Part shown: positions 61,469-64,000 of the stretch, one piece after another
Layout of the letters: each line of letters opens with the position of its first letter
How positions within the stretch are numbered: the stretch's first letter is position 1
DNA from: Vitrella brassicaformis CCMP3155
Taxonomy: Eukaryota; Protista; Chromerida
Direction: 5' to 3'
NCBI GenBank assembly: GCA_001179505.1
Contig: CDMY01000348.1
Location: 43,836-107,835 of the forward strand
DNA: 64,000 nucleotides
Position numbers and translations under genes: made by a program
Notes under the pieces: model-generated
What the model was told of the DNA's origin: nothing
Database searches by the model: none
What the model saw: the letters and a program-made list of their open reading frames with translations, nothing else

Positions 61469-64000
61469 GGCGTGTGTGCAGCGTCCCCCCCTGACCAGCA
61501 CCAGCACCAGCAGCAGCAGCAGCACCAGCGGCAGGAGAAAGAGGAGAATGGCAATCGACAGGACATGGATGCTACAGGTGAGTGAGTGAGTGCTCGTTGA
61601 ATGAATGCCACAGGTGCCCCTGCTCATCCCATCCACACCACACATCTGTCTACACACATGTGCGTGTGCCGTCCAGGTGGTCACGCAGAAGCTGAGCCGG
61701 CCCATGAGCAGCCACAGCCACAACCACCACCACAGGCAGCAGCCGAAGCACCACCACCAGCGGCAGCACAAGCACAAGGTACGCTCATGCGCACGTATAC
61801 ACGCTGTCACTCAATCTATCTATCTATGTCTGTCTGTCTGTCTGTCTGTCCCTACCGTCCATAGAATCGCCGAAAGTGGTCATTGCGGCGACCGTCCAAG
61901 CCAATCCCGGAGTCGCAACGGTGCCAGCAATGCAGGCGGCCTTGTCGGCTCCTGGTCCGTCTGTGTTGGGCCTGTGCCAGGACAACCATCCGTCTGTTCA
62001 TCCCGCTGAGGCGCCTCACCCACCCTCACAGGGCCTTGCACAGCGGCTGGATGCCGGCTCTCAATCCCATGCGGCATCAGCAAGCCAGCCGCGGCAGAAT
62101 GGTGCAGCAGCGGCTGTCCCCCCAGTCTGTCCACCGAAGACAGCCGCCAAGCCCCACCCACCCCCCACCTCAGCCTCAGAGAGCCAGACCCCTTCGCCAC
62201 CACCTGCCGACCCACCACCCCTCGCAACAGCACCACCGCTCGACAACACCAACACAGCAGAACAGCACGTGTCGTCGCCCACCCACCAGCATCACGCACC
62301 ACGCGATCCGGAGCAGCAGCAAGGGGGCAGCACGCGCTCACGTGAGGGGTCTCCTGAAGAAGCTCGGAACAAGGAGCGTCCGTCAAGCCGCCGGCCGACC
62401 CCCTTGCCGGATGTGTTGCACAACAAGGGCACCCCCGGCCACCGCAAGTACTCCGCTGAGTATGAGGGTCTGGACTTCAGTGTGGCCGGCGAGGGCGACG
62501 GCCAGCGGTATGTGGTGACGGCATGGTGGCGAGAGGGGGGAGGGACCGACCGGCCGCCGTTGTGGGTGCGCGCAGTTGTCACTCGTAACAACACGATGAG
62601 GGGCTGGAACACGAACATGCTGAGCGACCTGCTGGTGGCCGTCCGCAACGGCACGGCAGACAGTGACGATCGGTTCGAGAGTGTGTCTGATGTCATCGAT
62701 GGCCTCGAGCGGACCGTCACACAGTGGAGACCTGCAAGTAAGACAGGAAAGAGGGAGCAAAGAAGGGAGGCTGGGGGACTTTGACGCACATCGTTGTGTG
62801 TGTGTTCGTCTTTCCATGTGTGCAGGATTGATTGGCGTCCCTTCCCCCGTCAATGATTCACCGCCCGCCGGTGCCCCCCGTCCCTCGTCCGTGACCCTCG
62901 CTGCTGCAGCTGGTGGTGGTGGTGGTGGCTCAGCTGACCCACCTCACAATGAGCCTCCCGATGACAAAGGTAGACGGCCACACCATTCCTATCGTCGAGC
63001 ACCCATCCATTTTGGGTGCCTGTGTTGTTTTCTCTCAGGTCTGTGGGCCAAGAAGGAGCCGCGGAAGCGCAAGGGCGGCAAGGCAGCCGAGGCCGGCACG
63101 GGCAAGACCGTCATCGGCAAGCGTGCGGAGCATCAGTCCGCCATGCAGGGGGTCCACTGGTCTGAGAAGTACCAGGCCTGGGTGGCGACTTGGTACGACA
63201 AGGGTGACGGCAAGCAGAAGCACAAGTGCTTCTACAAGAAACATCACGGAGTCGACAAAGCAAAGGTGAGAATAAACCCGAGAGGCGCCACGCACCATTT
63301 TTTCTCTCTCTTGACTTCAGGCGTTGGCCCAGCAGCATCGTCGCGAGATGGAGCACACCGGGCGGGCAGTGGTCAGGGGGCGATCGAAGCTCCTTGGCGG
63401 CGTGAGGGGTGTCAGCTACAACGAGGCAAAGAAGCGCTGGGTGGCCAGCTGGCAGGAGGCCGGCAAGCAGAAGGGCAAGTCCTTCTCCGTCAAGCAGCTT
63501 GGCTATGAGGGTGCCAAGGAGGCCGCCATCGCACACAGACGGAAGATGGAGCGATTGCACACGTCAGAGGGAGGGGCGGAGAGGCATGGCGACCCGGCTG
63601 ACTCGAGAAGTGCCGACGATGGCGACGATCCTCTGCCCGGCAGACAGCGACGGGCCCCTCAGCTGCGTGACGGTGGTGTGGGGGGCGGTGTGCCTCTGCA
63701 CCCTACGACTCGCCGTGTCACCAAGCGACCGCGGCCCCGCAGAGACGACCGATCCGACCGGAATCCCTCGCCGGACATCGAGGCCCCCAGTTGGCTGCGG
63801 GAGGGCCCCCCTGGTGGGCTGCAGGAGCATCGCACGGCCAGTCGCGGCCCTCGTGTGACGCCGGTCCAGAGGGGGCATCTGATTCGCCACTTTTACCAGC
63901 AGCTGGAGGCACTCGGCCGAGCCCATCCCGACACGCCCCTCTGTCTGCGGTTCAGGAGTGGGTCTGCCCTGACCCAGCTGGCCGTGGAGGTGGTCCTGCC
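59254..64000 (+). CDS. ApiAP2 transcription factor with two tandem AP2 domains and a Q/P-rich N-terminus; continues past the window end
   Basis: AP2-1 GVHWSEKYQAWVATWYDKGDGKQKHKCFYKKHHGVDKAK/ALAQQHR (about 63148-63345) and AP2-2 GVSYNEAKKRWVASWQEAGKQKGKSFSVKQLGYEGAKEAAIAHRRKME (about 63408-63550). Upstream exons join in frame back to MAGQPAQ, including one GC-AG intron at 59610-59681. Confidence 0.85.
59813..61890 (+). repeat. Intragenic duplication of a ~520-560 bp exon-intron block (59813-60330 and 61327-61890)
   Basis: Both copies encode MAPK(Q/R)RFDVKKP/ASPPDQH...Q/GGHAE(S/A)EPAHEQPQP/ESPKVVIAA, and intron sequences are shared. Confidence 0.9.

Overview
Eukaryotic, intron-rich, GC-rich genomic DNA. 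Introns are short and full of (CA)n, (CAGA)n and (GGAT)n microsatellites, and there are three 300-N assembly gaps. ApiAP2 and GAPM genes plus this intron style point to a chromerid alveolate, most likely Vitrella brassicaformis (inference). Manual splicing gives about 15 protein-coding loci: a lineage-specific protein, a RIIa-like docking-domain protein, a secreted GH31 glycosidase with an internal trefoil domain, a mitochondrial 2Fe-2S ferredoxin, a secreted orphan, an ~11 kb coiled-coil gene with a TQT-motif array, an M13 metallopeptidase, an arylsulfotransferase, a GAPM, VPS13, a SMYD5-like SET protein, a C12orf4/FERRY3 homolog, a thiamine-binding-family protein, three intronless DPM1 copies with an IRG-like GTPase fragment among them, and a tandem-AP2 ApiAP2 factor running off the right end. 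Nearly all genes form seven head-to-head pairs separated by 91-378 bp, and six of the seven spacers contain the exact octamer AGCTCGCA. Other highlights are a multivalent LC8-type TQT array and an orphan 107-nt hairpin. Exon boundaries were inferred by eye; no database searches or computations were run.
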